The notes: generated by a model from the sequence alone, not told the origin. Shown: positions 50,274 through 60,285, counted from the stretch's first letter. The stretch: 63,415 nucleotides of DNA from Parvularculaceae bacterium (GCA_041737095.1 JBGSSK010000168.1:1-63415); one strand, 5' to 3'. Made by a program: numbers and translations.

Positions 50274-50402
50274 GCCCCGTCGCTCCCCACTACCCCTTTG
50301 CTGTGTCTACCGTATAAGCTGCGAAAATCCCAGTCGCGAGGGGCGCGTCCGGGGAACGGTTGCTTCAGCTGTTCAATTCCACAGGAAGGCAGGCTGCCAC
50401 GC

Positions 50403-51554
50403 GTGCGGACCGCAATCATTCATTATTGGCTGGTGGCTGAACGCGGCGGGGAAAAGGTCGTCCAGGCGCTTTGCGAAATGTTCCCGGACGCGGTCATCTA
50501 TACGCATGTCAGCGACCCGCAGGTCGCCTCCAGATTGTTCCCTGGTCGCGAAGTGCGAACAAGTTTCATCTCCCGCTTGCCATTTTCAAGGCGGCACTAC
50601 CAGAAGTATTTGCCGTTGATGCCGCTGGCCCTTGAGGCGCTCGACCTGCGCGATTTCGACCTTGTGATTTCAAGCGAGTCGGGGCCCGCCAAGGGCGTCA
50701 TTCCAATGCCCGGCGCAGCACATGTTTGCTATTGCCACTCGCCGATGCGGTATCTGTGGGATCAACACCAATTGTATCTCGATGCAGCGGGTCCGTTGAA
50801 GAGGAGCCTATTTCCGCTGGTCGCCCACGCCATGCGTCAGTGGGACGTGACCTCGGCGGCAAGGGTCGACCAATTTGTCGCCAATTCCCGTTTCGTCGCC
50901 TCGCGGATCGCCAAATACTATCGACGGTCTGCGAGCGTTGTTCATCCGCCGGTTGAAATCGAGCGGTATCAGGCGCTTCGGCGCGGCGCCGACGCAGGTC
51001 TGGCGGACGCCTACCTCTGGGTTGGTCAGATGACGGCCTACAAGAACCCTGAAATCGCGGTCGCCGCCGCTACCCGCCTGGGCCGGCGACTGGTGATGAT
51101 CGGCGACGGCGAACGCCTCAACGCCCTTAAAGCGGTCGCCGGGCCAACGATCTCTTTCCTCGGCAGGGCGGACCGCGAAACACTCGAGAAATGCTACGCT
51201 TCCTGCCGGGCGCTGCTGTTTCCCGGCGAAGAGGACTTCGGCATTGTTCCGGTCGAAGCGATGGCCGCCGGCCTTCCGGTCATTGCGCTCAATGCCGGCG
51301 GCGCGACGGAGACCGTCGCCGATCTGCAAAGTGGCGTGCTTTTCAATCAGCCGAGCGTCGACGGCCTCGTCGACGCGATCAGGAAATTCGAATCATGCGA
51401 ACGCGACTTCGAGCCTGACATTATCCGGACCGGCGCCTCGCGCTTCAGCAAGGCGGCGTTTTGCAAAGCGATGGCGGAAGTTTTTCACAGCGCCGGCGTC
51501 GACGTAAATTGCGATAGCCTGGACCAAGGGCTCCCGTCGGGATCGAAGATTTAA
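50403..51554 (+). CDS. GT4 glycosyltransferase
   Basis: HYWLV..RGGEKV, YCHSPMRY, EDFGIVPVEAMA; GTG at 50403. Confidence 0.9.
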   Translation: MRTAIIHYWLVAERGGEKVVQALCEMFPDAVIYTHVSDPQVASRLFPGREVRTSFISRLPFSRRHYQKYLPLMPLALEALDLRDFDLVISSESGPAKGVIPMPGAAHVCYCHSPMRYLWDQHQLYLDAAGPLKRSLFPLVAHAMRQWDVTSAARVDQFVANSRFVASRIAKYYRRSASVVHPPVEIERYQALRRGADAGLADAYLWVGQMTAYKNPEIAVAAATRLGRRLVMIGDGERLNALKAVAGPTISFLGRADRETLEKCYASCRALLFPGEEDFGIVPVEAMAAGLPVIALNAGGATETVADLQSGVLFNQPSVDGLVDAIRKFESCERDFEPDIIRTGASRFSKAAFCKAMAEVFHSAGVDVNCDSLDQGLPSGSKI

Positions 51555-51772
51555 TTTTGCACAGGTTGTCAGCGCCCGAGAGGCGCGCCAAAAAAGCGAA
51601 GTTTTTTTCTGGCGCGAAAGCTATTTCTGCATTGCGCCATCAGGGCGACGGCGATTAAAATAGGTTAACGTTGTTGCTCACCGGTTCGGCGACACAACTG
51701 TTTGGGGTTTTCTAGTTAGTAGACTGATCAAGCGCGGTCATCACTGACCGGCGGGACTTGGGGGAATTCTGT

Positions 51773-52552
51773 ATGCCAGCGTCACGATCGCTTCGCGCCA
51801 AAACGGCTGCGATGCGCAATCCCGATAATTCTGCGGCGAATGACGTCGAGATCGAAAGTCCCGATGCGGATCATTGGCCCTCGTCGACCGTCTCAGTATC
51901 GACAATAGCGCCGAAGGAAATCACCGAGGGCGGGTTTGGGCCGGCCCGGTCAACGATGAAGCGGCTTACCGATATCGTGATCGCGTCGGCGATGATCGCC
52001 TTTTTCGCTCCTCTGATGGCCATCATCTATATTCTGGTGCGCGCAGATGGCGGACCCGGGATTTTCATCCAAAAGCGCATCGGAAAAGACGGCGCCTTGT
52101 TTCCATGCTTCAAATTCAGGTCGATGTCGCCCGATGCGGAGCAGCGGTTGCAGAGGCTGCTCGTCGTCAATGAACAATGCCGCCGGGAATGGGATACCGA
52201 GCGGAAGTTGCGGAACGACCCGCGCATAACGCGACTTGGCCTGTTCCTCAGACGCAAGAGCCTTGATGAACTGCCACAATTGTTCAACGTGCTGCGCGGA
52301 GAAATGAGCCTCGTCGGCCCGCGCCCGATCACGCCGGACGAAGCTGCCAAATATGGCGCAAACATCGGCTACTATATGAGAACCCGGCCCGGCCTCACCG
52401 GCGCATGGCAGGTCTCGGGACGCAACGACTTATCTTACGAACAAAGGGTTGCGCTCGACGTCGACTACGCGACGAACTGGCGCTGGCCGCGGGATTTCGC
52501 AATTCTTTTCCGCACCGTCGGCGTTGTCCTGTCCGGGCGGGGGGCTTCCTAA
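51773..52552 (+). CDS. Priming sugar transferase (undecaprenyl-phosphate glycosylphosphotransferase, ExoY/WcaJ family)
   Basis: KRLTDI, KFRSM, DPRITR, SLDELPQL, SLVGPRP, PGLTG. Confidence 0.93.
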   Translation: MPASRSLRAKTAAMRNPDNSAANDVEIESPDADHWPSSTVSVSTIAPKEITEGGFGPARSTMKRLTDIVIASAMIAFFAPLMAIIYILVRADGGPGIFIQKRIGKDGALFPCFKFRSMSPDAEQRLQRLLVVNEQCRREWDTERKLRNDPRITRLGLFLRRKSLDELPQLFNVLRGEMSLVGPRPITPDEAAKYGANIGYYMRTRPGLTGAWQVSGRNDLSYEQRVALDVDYATNWRWPRDFAILFRTVGVVLSGRGAS

Positions 52553-52586
52553 CTTTTGGTTAATCTCAGGTTCGGCACGCCGGAAG

Positions 52587-52602
52587 GTAACCACTCCTTA
52601 AC
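52587..52602. promoter_or_regulatory. Possible CtrA box
   Basis: GTAA-CCACTCC-TTAAC, one mismatch from TTAA-N7-TTAAC. Confidence 0.3.
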
Positions 52603-52727
52603 GGTGACAGATCCCTATTGCCTGACGAGATCGTTACCAACAAGCCAGTCCCCACGCGCGTCGAACAGGATATAGTAAATACGTGGGGTGAACTGCCTTT
52701 GTCTGGAGCGGGAAGCCAGGTTCGCCC

Positions 52728-52967
52728 ATGCATCAGCCAATCGCGAAAAGCCAACTTGCGCCGGAACAGCGTCAGGCGTCTTCGCTTGACGCCCTCAATC
52801 CGGACGACGAAATCGCGAGCGCTTCAACCTTCGAGTCTGTCGCCGACACCAGGTCCGCGGCCGACGACAACGCTTTTCGCGGCCCGCTAGATTTTCCGTT
52901 CGCGATCGGGGCGTCGATTATATTATGGATTTTGCTGGGGTTGATTGCGATAAGCCTGTTTGGCTAA
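52728..52967 (+). CDS. Small hypothetical protein with C-terminal TM helix
   Basis: Polar N-terminus, hydrophobic tail FAIGASIILWILLGLIAISLFG; fills the intergenic gap. Confidence 0.5.
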   Translation: MHQPIAKSQLAPEQRQASSLDALNPDDEIASASTFESVADTRSAADDNAFRGPLDFPFAIGASIILWILLGLIAISLFG

Positions 52968-53048
52968 TCAGGTTCAGCAATCGCCTTCCCGAGCGTCCGG
53001 CGGGCCCCGCCTTGGGCGCTGTTCGGGAGCGCAGCCGGAAAATGTTTC

Positions 53049-54290
53049 GTGAAAGTAGTCCTCCTTAACGACCGCTACGGCGCCAATCTCGGCGCCGGCG
53101 TAACCGCTGAATGCCTGGAAAGCGGATTGCGGGACCGGCTGGCGGGAGCGGAAATCGAAAATTGCGACCTCGGCGGCCGATCGAAGGCCGCCGCTGCTGA
53201 CGGCTTTCCAAGGGCGCTGGCGATCGCATTTTTGCGTTCCGCGCCGACGGCCTTGAAAAAGAGGGTTGCAGATCCCCTGCTGGCGGCGATGGTCCGCCAT
53301 CGATATTCGCCGCACTATAATGAGACCATAAACGGCGCCGATGTTGTTGTCTTCGGTTCGGGCGATATTCTGACCGATGATCAGCTTGACTCGCCGATGC
53401 GCGTCGCGGCCGCCGCGGGGGTCGCGCGTGAACGCGGGACGCCGATGGCGATCCATGCGGTCGGCGTCGGCCGCGAATGGACGCCGAAAGGCGAAGCTCT
53501 TTTCAAGGAAGCGTTCGCCGGCGCCGACCTTGCGTGGACGAGCGTCGCCGATCCCCTGTCGCAAGCGCGATGGAAGCGCCATTTCGCGCGATGCGATCTC
53601 GCCGAGCCGATAGTCGCCTTCGATCCGGGATTCCTCGCCGAGAAGTTCTATGGCCCGCAGGACGGCAAGGACCGCGTGCGCCGAAACCGCCCGAAAATCG
53701 GGCTGTGCGTTTCAAACCCTGCATTTCTCAGGCGGCAATTCGACGGCGGCGAGATCGAAGCGCCGGAAATGACCGAAGCTTTTTATCAATCGCTGGTCGA
53801 GGAACTGGCGAAGCAGGAGGTCGAAGTCACCGTGTTCACAAACGGGTCGCCAGACGACAACGCATTCCTGAAATCCTGCTTTCCGGCCAAATTCGTCGAC
53901 CAGTTCGACGACGGGCGCATCGCCATCGCGCCGAGCGGCGGCGCGCCCTGTGACCTCGTTTCAATCATCAAGGACTGCGACGGCGTGGTTTCCCATCAAA
54001 CGCCGATCAGCATCATCGCCTACTCCTACCGAATTCCCCATGTCGGGCTGGCGGTGAACAGCCGCCTGCGGGAATTCTTCAAACTGACCGACCGGCTGGA
54101 GTTTGTTTTCGGACCTGACCAGTTTGACGTTCAGGCGGTCGCCTCCAGGGTGCAAAAAGCGCTCGAAACGCCGATACATCCGGACGCCTATGCCGCTCTC
54201 ATGAAGAAAGTCGGGCGCGATCTTGATGATCTCGCCAACGCCCTGCGCCGCGTCGCTCGCTCAGGCATTCGACCAAACGGCGCTTTCTAG
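53049..54290 (+). CDS. Polysaccharide pyruvyl transferase family protein
   Basis: ANLGAG, VVFGSGDIL, AVGVG, SVAD, DPGF; several motif residues diverged (NLGD, GGG, VRD, RLH). Confidence 0.7.
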   Translation: MKVVLLNDRYGANLGAGVTAECLESGLRDRLAGAEIENCDLGGRSKAAAADGFPRALAIAFLRSAPTALKKRVADPLLAAMVRHRYSPHYNETINGADVVVFGSGDILTDDQLDSPMRVAAAAGVARERGTPMAIHAVGVGREWTPKGEALFKEAFAGADLAWTSVADPLSQARWKRHFARCDLAEPIVAFDPGFLAEKFYGPQDGKDRVRRNRPKIGLCVSNPAFLRRQFDGGEIEAPEMTEAFYQSLVEELAKQEVEVTVFTNGSPDDNAFLKSCFPAKFVDQFDDGRIAIAPSGGAPCDLVSIIKDCDGVVSHQTPISIIAYSYRIPHVGLAVNSRLREFFKLTDRLEFVFGPDQFDVQAVASRVQKALETPIHPDAYAALMKKVGRDLDDLANALRRVARSGIRPNGAF

Positions 54291-54310
54291 CGAAACAGCT
54301 TTCGACGGGC

Positions 54311-55864
54311 TCATCGTCGGTCGAAACCGCCAAGTTTCCGACAAGTGTCGATGACGACAAGATCGTCAATGAAATCCATATGGTGGCATCCCATCAGGGA
54401 AGAATCGAATTCAGGGTCGATCGTCCGAACGATGCGTTCTTCAAATCCGTCCATGTCGAGACGAATGATTTCCATGATGTTGACGCCATAACCGTAGTCG
54501 CCGCGCTGATTGTTCTGCGACAGGCGGTAAAGCTTGCCGCCCTTGCGGAAAACGCGGCCGGCGCCGCGGCCCGTCCTTGAATCGATCACAACCGGGTTCA
54601 ACGGATGCGGAATAAGGTTCTCTAGCAGCGGCCCGTCCATCCGGAACAGATGCAGATCGCTGCAGTGATCGCCGTGCTTGTCTTCGGCGAGATTGGTGAA
54701 CAGCCACCACGCGTCGTCCCATTCGACGATCGCGGTGTCCGCGCAAACGGCGCCGTCGAGAGCGGTCGCATGCAACTCCCAGCGCGTCGGAAACGACGCC
54801 GCGCGCCATAGCTCCAGGCGTCTCGACCCGATCGTCTCCGGGAGCATGTAGATGCTTCCCGCATGGGAAAATACGAATGGAAACGAAAGATGATAAGCTG
54901 TCTTCAGCGCAATGCCGATCAGTTTGAAATCGTCGCCGACGATCTCTCCGACGCTGATATGACCCCTGCTCGTCGCATAGTCGAACTCCTCGAAATAAAG
55001 GTAGGTCTTGCCGCTTTCCTGAATGAGAAAAGGGTCCGCCCAGAAGCTGTTTCCGGTCGGCGTGATTTCTTGCGCCGCCTTCGCGTCGAATTCGAACGGC
55101 GATCCTTTCGCGATGCGCAGCGTCCACATGCCGGGGCGCAGACCAAGTCGCGCTGCCGCGAGCCGCCAGAACCTTTCTGCAAGCGCGCCGGCCAAACGAA
55201 AGCAATATATTGCAAGATCAGCCAGCGTGAGGGCGCTTGCAGCGGGAGAAGGAGAAGAACCATCTTGCAATCTTCCCGTCAGGCTGACGCGCGCCAATTC
55301 CCTTGCGATCAGGGAAACGGAATTCTCGCGAATGAACGCGGCATTGCGGGAGGCTGAGAACTTCGTGTTGTAGTGCGCCACCGCTATCGTGCGGCCGCTC
55401 GATTGGTCGCCGGTGAAGCAGACCAGCTCGACCGCCGTCGTCGGGGCCCTTTCGACCGCTTGCCGAAACCCGGACCAGCGATCGCTCGATGTCAGGCGCC
55501 AGACGCCGAAGCGCGGCGACACCGGAAAATCGCCAGACGATGGCGTTCCCGAAAAATCGACGACGAGATCCGCCTCTCCGCCAAGGTTGTAAGCGGCGCT
55601 GTCGGCATCGCCAAAGACGAGAATTCGATCGCGCGCCTTTTCAAATTCCTCGGCGGCCCGTTTCTCCCGCGGCGCTAGGACGGACGCTTCGAGCGCGATG
55701 GCGATTTCGAAAGGGCGTCGCGGAACAGGGGCGCTCCGCTTCGCCTGGACAAGCCCGGCGAGGTGAAATCGTTGATCGCGGCAAATCAGCTCGAGGAGCT
55801 TCAGTTCATGGCTCGCCGGCGATGCCGGATCATCGAGAACAATGAGGACTCTAAGCGGCGTCAT
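54311..55864 (-). CDS. EPS-associated protein with C-terminal GH43/GH32-like five-bladed propeller
   Basis: FWADPFL, YFEEFD, HLSFPF, MLPE, HPLNP, RGAG, HHMD. Confidence 0.65.
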   Translation of the reverse strand: MTPLRVLIVLDDPASPASHELKLLELICRDQRFHLAGLVQAKRSAPVPRRPFEIAIALEASVLAPREKRAAEEFEKARDRILVFGDADSAAYNLGGEADLVVDFSGTPSSGDFPVSPRFGVWRLTSSDRWSGFRQAVERAPTTAVELVCFTGDQSSGRTIAVAHYNTKFSASRNAAFIRENSVSLIARELARVSLTGRLQDGSSPSPAASALTLADLAIYCFRLAGALAERFWRLAAARLGLRPGMWTLRIAKGSPFEFDAKAAQEITPTGNSFWADPFLIQESGKTYLYFEEFDYATSRGHISVGEIVGDDFKLIGIALKTAYHLSFPFVFSHAGSIYMLPETIGSRRLELWRAASFPTRWELHATALDGAVCADTAIVEWDDAWWLFTNLAEDKHGDHCSDLHLFRMDGPLLENLIPHPLNPVVIDSRTGRGAGRVFRKGGKLYRLSQNNQRGDYGYGVNIMEIIRLDMDGFEERIVRTIDPEFDSSLMGCHHMDFIDDLVVIDTCRKLGGFDRR

Positions 55865-55903
55865 TCGGATGCGGCTGCCCGATCAAAGATTGCAGCGTTA
55901 TCG

Positions 55904-55916
55904 TGTTGCATCGCAA
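55904..55916. promoter_or_regulatory. PhaR-like motif copy 4 (core only)
   Basis: TGTTGCATCGCAA between divergent EPS genes. Confidence 0.4.
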
Positions 55917-55973
55917 TCGACAACTAAGGCTGCGTCTGGAATAGTCCGCCCGCCGCCGGCCACAGGGGAAAAA

Positions 55974-57047
55974 TTGCAAATCGAAATCATTCATCCGCGC
56001 ACGCTGACCCCGTCGCAACTGGGCGCCTGGTCGGCGTTTCAGCGTGCGTCGCTTGACCTGCAAAGTCCCTATTTCTGCGCGGAATTCACGCAAATCCTGG
56101 CGAGAGTGCGGGATGACGCCCGAATCGCGGTGATTGAGGAAAATGGCGCGCCGGTCGGGTTTTTCCCGCACCACCGCAAGGCGTTCGGCGTCGGCGCGCC
56201 GATCGGCGGCCCGATCTCCGACTACCAAGGCGTTATCGCACAGCCGGGCTGGACGATCTCGCCCGAAAACCTGCTGCGCGGGTGCAAGCTTGATGCGTTC
56301 GATTTCAATCACGCATTGTTTTCCCAGCAGACATTTTCCGGCGCGTCATTCGTCCGGTCGACGTCACCGGCGCTCGATCTAAGGCGGGGTTTTACACACT
56401 ACCGCAACGAGACATTGACGAAAACCAGCGAGCTGAAAAACGCCGAACGCAAGGCCCGCAAGATTGAGCGCGAAGTCGGCGCGCTTCGCTTTGTTCCGCA
56501 TGATCAGAATCCGGAGGCGTGGTCGCAGTTCATCGCGTGGAAGAAATCCGCCTATGAGGCGCTCGGCGTCAGGTCATCGCTTGATGAAGGGTGGACCGGG
56601 CGGGCGCTCGAACTGATCCGTGATGCGCGGACTGACGGGTTTTCCGGCATGTTTTCCTGTCTTTACGCCGGCGAAAAGCTGATCGCTGCGCATTTCGGCA
56701 TGAAGACGCTGACGATCTGGCACTGGTGGTTTCCGACCTATTCTCCTGAATTCGAGAAATATTCGCCGGGACTGACTCTCCTCCTCGAGATGGCGCGCTG
56801 GGGGGCTGATCAGGGCGTTCAGCGCATCGATCTCGGGCGCGGCGACGCACGATACAAGGACAGTTTCTCCAACACCGCGACGGCGCTTTGCGAAGGGTCG
56901 ATCGAGATCGGCGCAAGCGCCGCCGGCGCGCTTCGGCGGCTGCGAAAATTTTGTCACCATGCCGCATTGCCGATCGCGCCCCCGTCTTTTGTCACGTTTC
57001 AGCGCCGCGCGTTCAATCGCGTGCTTGGCGCCGGCCGGCTGCCATGA
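55974..57047 (+). CDS. GNAT / CelD-BcsL-like acyltransferase 1
   Basis: SPYF, ISDYQG, IAAHFG, YSPGLTLL, DLGRGD.RYK; TTG 55974 after GGGGA preferred over the overlapping start at 55842. Confidence 0.82.
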   Translation: MQIEIIHPRTLTPSQLGAWSAFQRASLDLQSPYFCAEFTQILARVRDDARIAVIEENGAPVGFFPHHRKAFGVGAPIGGPISDYQGVIAQPGWTISPENLLRGCKLDAFDFNHALFSQQTFSGASFVRSTSPALDLRRGFTHYRNETLTKTSELKNAERKARKIEREVGALRFVPHDQNPEAWSQFIAWKKSAYEALGVRSSLDEGWTGRALELIRDARTDGFSGMFSCLYAGEKLIAAHFGMKTLTIWHWWFPTYSPEFEKYSPGLTLLLEMARWGADQGVQRIDLGRGDARYKDSFSNTATALCEGSIEIGASAAGALRRLRKFCHHAALPIAPPSFVTFQRRAFNRVLGAGRLP

Positions 57048-57140
57048 CGGCTCGGCTCAACGGCCGGGCGAAGATTCCGACGCCGATTCAACCGGAAAGC
57101 GAAGGCGCGCAAGCCAGCGCTTGCAATCAAGCCGGCCATC

Positions 57141-58346
57141 ATGTTTACGACTCGGCGTTCGGGGGAATTTCGGAAAATGCAGCTTTATAGCGCGAACGGA
57201 ACGAAAGCGGTGCTGCGGGTTTTGGTCTCGCAGACCGTAATCCTGCTTGCGCTGGCGCTAGTCGGCTTGACAGAATTCTGGGCGGTCTCCAAGGCGATCG
57301 ACAAGACCTATATCCAGACCTCTGGCCTGATTTTCTTCGGCGCGTTTTTCGCCGCGATCTTGATGCTCGGCGCCTGGAACATCATCGCAGAGATCGCGGA
57401 AGGCGTATGGAGCATTCGCGCAGAAGCGCGTGTCCGCAGTTGGCTGCTGGCGTCGATCCGCCTGTCGCTGGCGGCGTCAGCGGTCGGATTAGCCCTCGTC
57501 ATCGCTGAGGCGATCGGCGTCCTTTCCTCCTTCGCAGCCGGTCGCGCATTTTCAACCCTGGTCCTCATGGTTTCGATCGGGCCGCCGCTGGTCGCCTCGG
57601 CGCTGCTGGCGGCGGGCGCTTACAAACATCATTCGGGGCAAACGAGGAACAATGCGCTGCTGTTGGAGTCGGTCACTGATGCAGACGCGGCGCTTTCCCG
57701 CATCAATGCATCGGTTCGCTCGAACAACGGCGCCAGCCAAACCGCTGCGCGGCCGCATCCGAAGGGCTTTTATGTTGCGGGCCTCATGTCGAAGCCATGG
57801 CACGAAAGCGACGAATTCCCTTGGATGAAGAATTTCGAGGCCGCCTCCGCGCAAATCCTCGCCGAAGCGAAACAGGCGCTCGGCGAAAACTTCGAAAAGC
57901 TCGAGCGCTATCACTATCCGGGCATCGATACGAACAGCTGGAAGATTTACAGCTTCGTCGCGGACCGGAAGGAGAAGCCTGAGCATCTTTCAGCCTGCCC
58001 GGCGACGGCCGCGGCGCTGCGTTCTATCCCCGGCTACCCGTTTTTCAGGGACGCGATGTTTTCAATCCTTGAACCGGGCGGCGTCATTCGTCCGCATCGC
58101 GATCATTCCAATCTGTTTTTGACGATGCATTTCGGCATCCGCATCCCCGGCGACGGTTTTCTCGAAGTCGCCGGCTTGCGCCGGCCATGGATCGAAGGCG
58201 GCAGCCTGATCTTCGATTCCTCCTATGAGCACCAGGCAGTCAATGCGAGCAAAGAGCCACGCGTCGTACTGCTCGTCGATTTTCTTCACCCGGGACTGAC
58301 GGAAGCCGAACGCCGCTGGATCGTTGATGCGCCACTCTGGCGGTGA
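57141..58346 (+). CDS. Aspartyl/asparaginyl beta-hydroxylase-like Fe/2OG dioxygenase with N-terminal TM domain
   Basis: CPAT, AMFSILEPG, PHRD, FDSSYEH, RVVLLVD; four N-terminal hydrophobic segments. Confidence 0.8.
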   Translation: MFTTRRSGEFRKMQLYSANGTKAVLRVLVSQTVILLALALVGLTEFWAVSKAIDKTYIQTSGLIFFGAFFAAILMLGAWNIIAEIAEGVWSIRAEARVRSWLLASIRLSLAASAVGLALVIAEAIGVLSSFAAGRAFSTLVLMVSIGPPLVASALLAAGAYKHHSGQTRNNALLLESVTDADAALSRINASVRSNNGASQTAARPHPKGFYVAGLMSKPWHESDEFPWMKNFEAASAQILAEAKQALGENFEKLERYHYPGIDTNSWKIYSFVADRKEKPEHLSACPATAAALRSIPGYPFFRDAMFSILEPGGVIRPHRDHSNLFLTMHFGIRIPGDGFLEVAGLRRPWIEGGSLIFDSSYEHQAVNASKEPRVVLLVDFLHPGLTEAERRWIVDAPLWR

Positions 58347-58350
58347 CCGG

Positions 58351-59199
58351 TTAGTCGCCGGGCGCCGGAATACCGGCCGCGCGCGGCCGGAAGATATCGG
58401 ACGCCAGCCGCATAATCGTTTCCGGGCGGCGGATCGCCGCGGCGGCTGAATACGGAAACCACGCTTCTCCATACGGAATATAGATGCGCGTCGGCGCCTG
58501 ATGGCGGCGCCCTTCCGCCGCGACCGGCTCGATCGGGAGCCCGTAAAGCAGCTCCTGAACGAATGGCGTCCCGGCCGCTTTCAGGCGCGCCATCGCCTCG
58601 CACGCGAGCGCCGGATCGTGCGTTGCAACGCCGACCTCCCGGCAACGCCCCGCCAAACGGTCGATGACGCCGAGATAGCCTTCGTCGATATCGCCATGTT
58701 CTTCATCCTCCGACGCAGCCCAGTTGCCTTTCACCACGCGGACACGCAAGCCCAGCTTGATCGCGCGTTCGGCGTCGACGAGGCTGCGCTTCCAGCGCCC
58801 CGGAATGCAGCAACCGACGCGGTCCGCGCCGACATGCGCAGCGGCGTCAAGATTGGCGGCCGCATTATCAATGCCGTGCGAATCGAAACTGACTGGTATA
58901 TCGGCGCGGCGCGCATTGCCGATGACATCGGAAAGGAGATCATTGCGGCCGGCGAGCGCCGGGACCTTGACGGCGATATGGGCATCAAGTTGATGCGTCC
59001 TTATTTCTTTCATCGCCTCGAAATACCGGCGCGCCGTCGCATCCGGGCTTTCGTCCGCCGCCTGCCAGTAACAGATCGTCACGCCGTATCCGTGGCGCTT
59101 CGCCGATGCAGCAATATCGAGGGCGTCTTCAATCGTATCGCCGGCGACATAGGGCTTCGCCGCGCGTTTAAGGATGGGCATCACGAGAGACTTCAACAT
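58351..59199 (-). CDS. Proline dehydrogenase-fold flavoprotein (monofunctional, divergent)
   Basis: YVAG, RVVKG, VATHD, LLYG, RIYIPYG. Confidence 0.75.
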   Translation of the reverse strand: MLKSLVMPILKRAAKPYVAGDTIEDALDIAASAKRHGYGVTICYWQAADESPDATARRYFEAMKEIRTHQLDAHIAVKVPALAGRNDLLSDVIGNARRADIPVSFDSHGIDNAAANLDAAAHVGADRVGCCIPGRWKRSLVDAERAIKLGLRVRVVKGNWAASEDEEHGDIDEGYLGVIDRLAGRCREVGVATHDPALACEAMARLKAAGTPFVQELLYGLPIEPVAAEGRRHQAPTRIYIPYGEAWFPYSAAAAIRRPETIMRLASDIFRPRAAGIPAPGD

Positions 59200-60285
59200 C
59201 TACGACTGAGCTTTCTTGGTCGCATCTTTAAATTTGGCGATCGCGCGGCGCGTCGCCGCAACCGCCGCGTCCTGCGCGAGCGCAAGGTAACCCGCGGGCC
59301 CGTGCGGATAGTAGCGCAGGCGGATATTCGGCCGCTCGGTTTCCGTCCAGACTTTCGTCCACGGAGCGGACGCTCCCAGAAACTCAAAAGAAGACAACCC
59401 GCGTTTCGCCGCGTAGCGCAGGGATTCAAGCATCAGGAGGTTGCCCGGCGAGCAGACGCTGAACGCCTCGTCATAGCCGATCTTGAAGAGCCAAAACGCA
59501 TTATCGCATTCAACCGCAATCTGGATCGCTGCGATATTCCCGCCGATCCGCATCAGGCAGATCCTGAAGATGCCTTCACGGGCGGCCAATCTTGCGTAGG
59601 CGCGATAGAATTTCTGTTGCGCATCATTATGCGCTAGGTCAGTTCCCGTCCGGGCTTTCCAGCTTTTCTGCTCAACCGCGACCGCCACATCAAGCCAGTG
59701 ATCAACTTCCTCGGGGCCCGGCGAAAGCACCTTGAACTCGACCGCGCCGAGTTCGTTCGCCTTTCGGGTCATCCGTCTCAAATCGGAGCGGCGGCGTGAT
59801 GTGAAACAATCTTCCGGCGTTTTCCAGCTCTCGTCGAGCGTGATGTATGGCGACGTCGAGACTGGCGTCGACAGCAGAATTCCCGCGCCGGGCGCCGCGG
59901 CGGCCAGCGCCGCCGCAAATTCGGACGTCGCCGGGAAGTGGCCGAAACGCAACGGCTTGCGTTTCGCCAACAGCGTATCGGCTAGACCGGCCGCGCCGGC
60001 CCGATCGGCGTATACGACGTCGATCGGCTCCCACAATTCCTCGGCACCGGCGAGGAAAAGTCGCGCCGGAAAAAATCCGCGCCTGGCGAACAGTCCGATT
60101 GCGCTGACCCGCTTGTCGCCTGCCTGCACCGCTTCCGTCGGCTGATCGGCGTAAAGCGCTTCGCGACAAGCCTCCGCCCAGATGAAGTGCTGCATCGGCG
60201 TCCTGCGAGCGGGCCTGACGCCGTCCCAAATCGCGCGTGCGCTCGAAGCGGTCCGCTTCGGCGCCTGATTATCCGCATCGAGCAC
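59200..60285 (-). CDS. GNAT / CelD-BcsL-like acyltransferase 2
   Basis: SPYI, LRRM.RK, SWK, KIGYD, SPGNLL, FEFLG. Confidence 0.82.
   Translation of the reverse strand: MLDADNQAPKRTASSARAIWDGVRPARRTPMQHFIWAEACREALYADQPTEAVQAGDKRVSAIGLFARRGFFPARLFLAGAEELWEPIDVVYADRAGAAGLADTLLAKRKPLRFGHFPATSEFAAALAAAAPGAGILLSTPVSTSPYITLDESWKTPEDCFTSRRRSDLRRMTRKANELGAVEFKVLSPGPEEVDHWLDVAVAVEQKSWKARTGTDLAHNDAQQKFYRAYARLAAREGIFRICLMRIGGNIAAIQIAVECDNAFWLFKIGYDEAFSVCSPGNLLMLESLRYAAKRGLSSFEFLGASAPWTKVWTETERPNIRLRYYPHGPAGYLALAQDAAVAATRRAIAKFKDATKKAQS

Noticed and set aside
51655-51669. TTAA-AATAGG-TTAAC as a CtrA box
   Set aside because: Spacer is 6 bp, not 7
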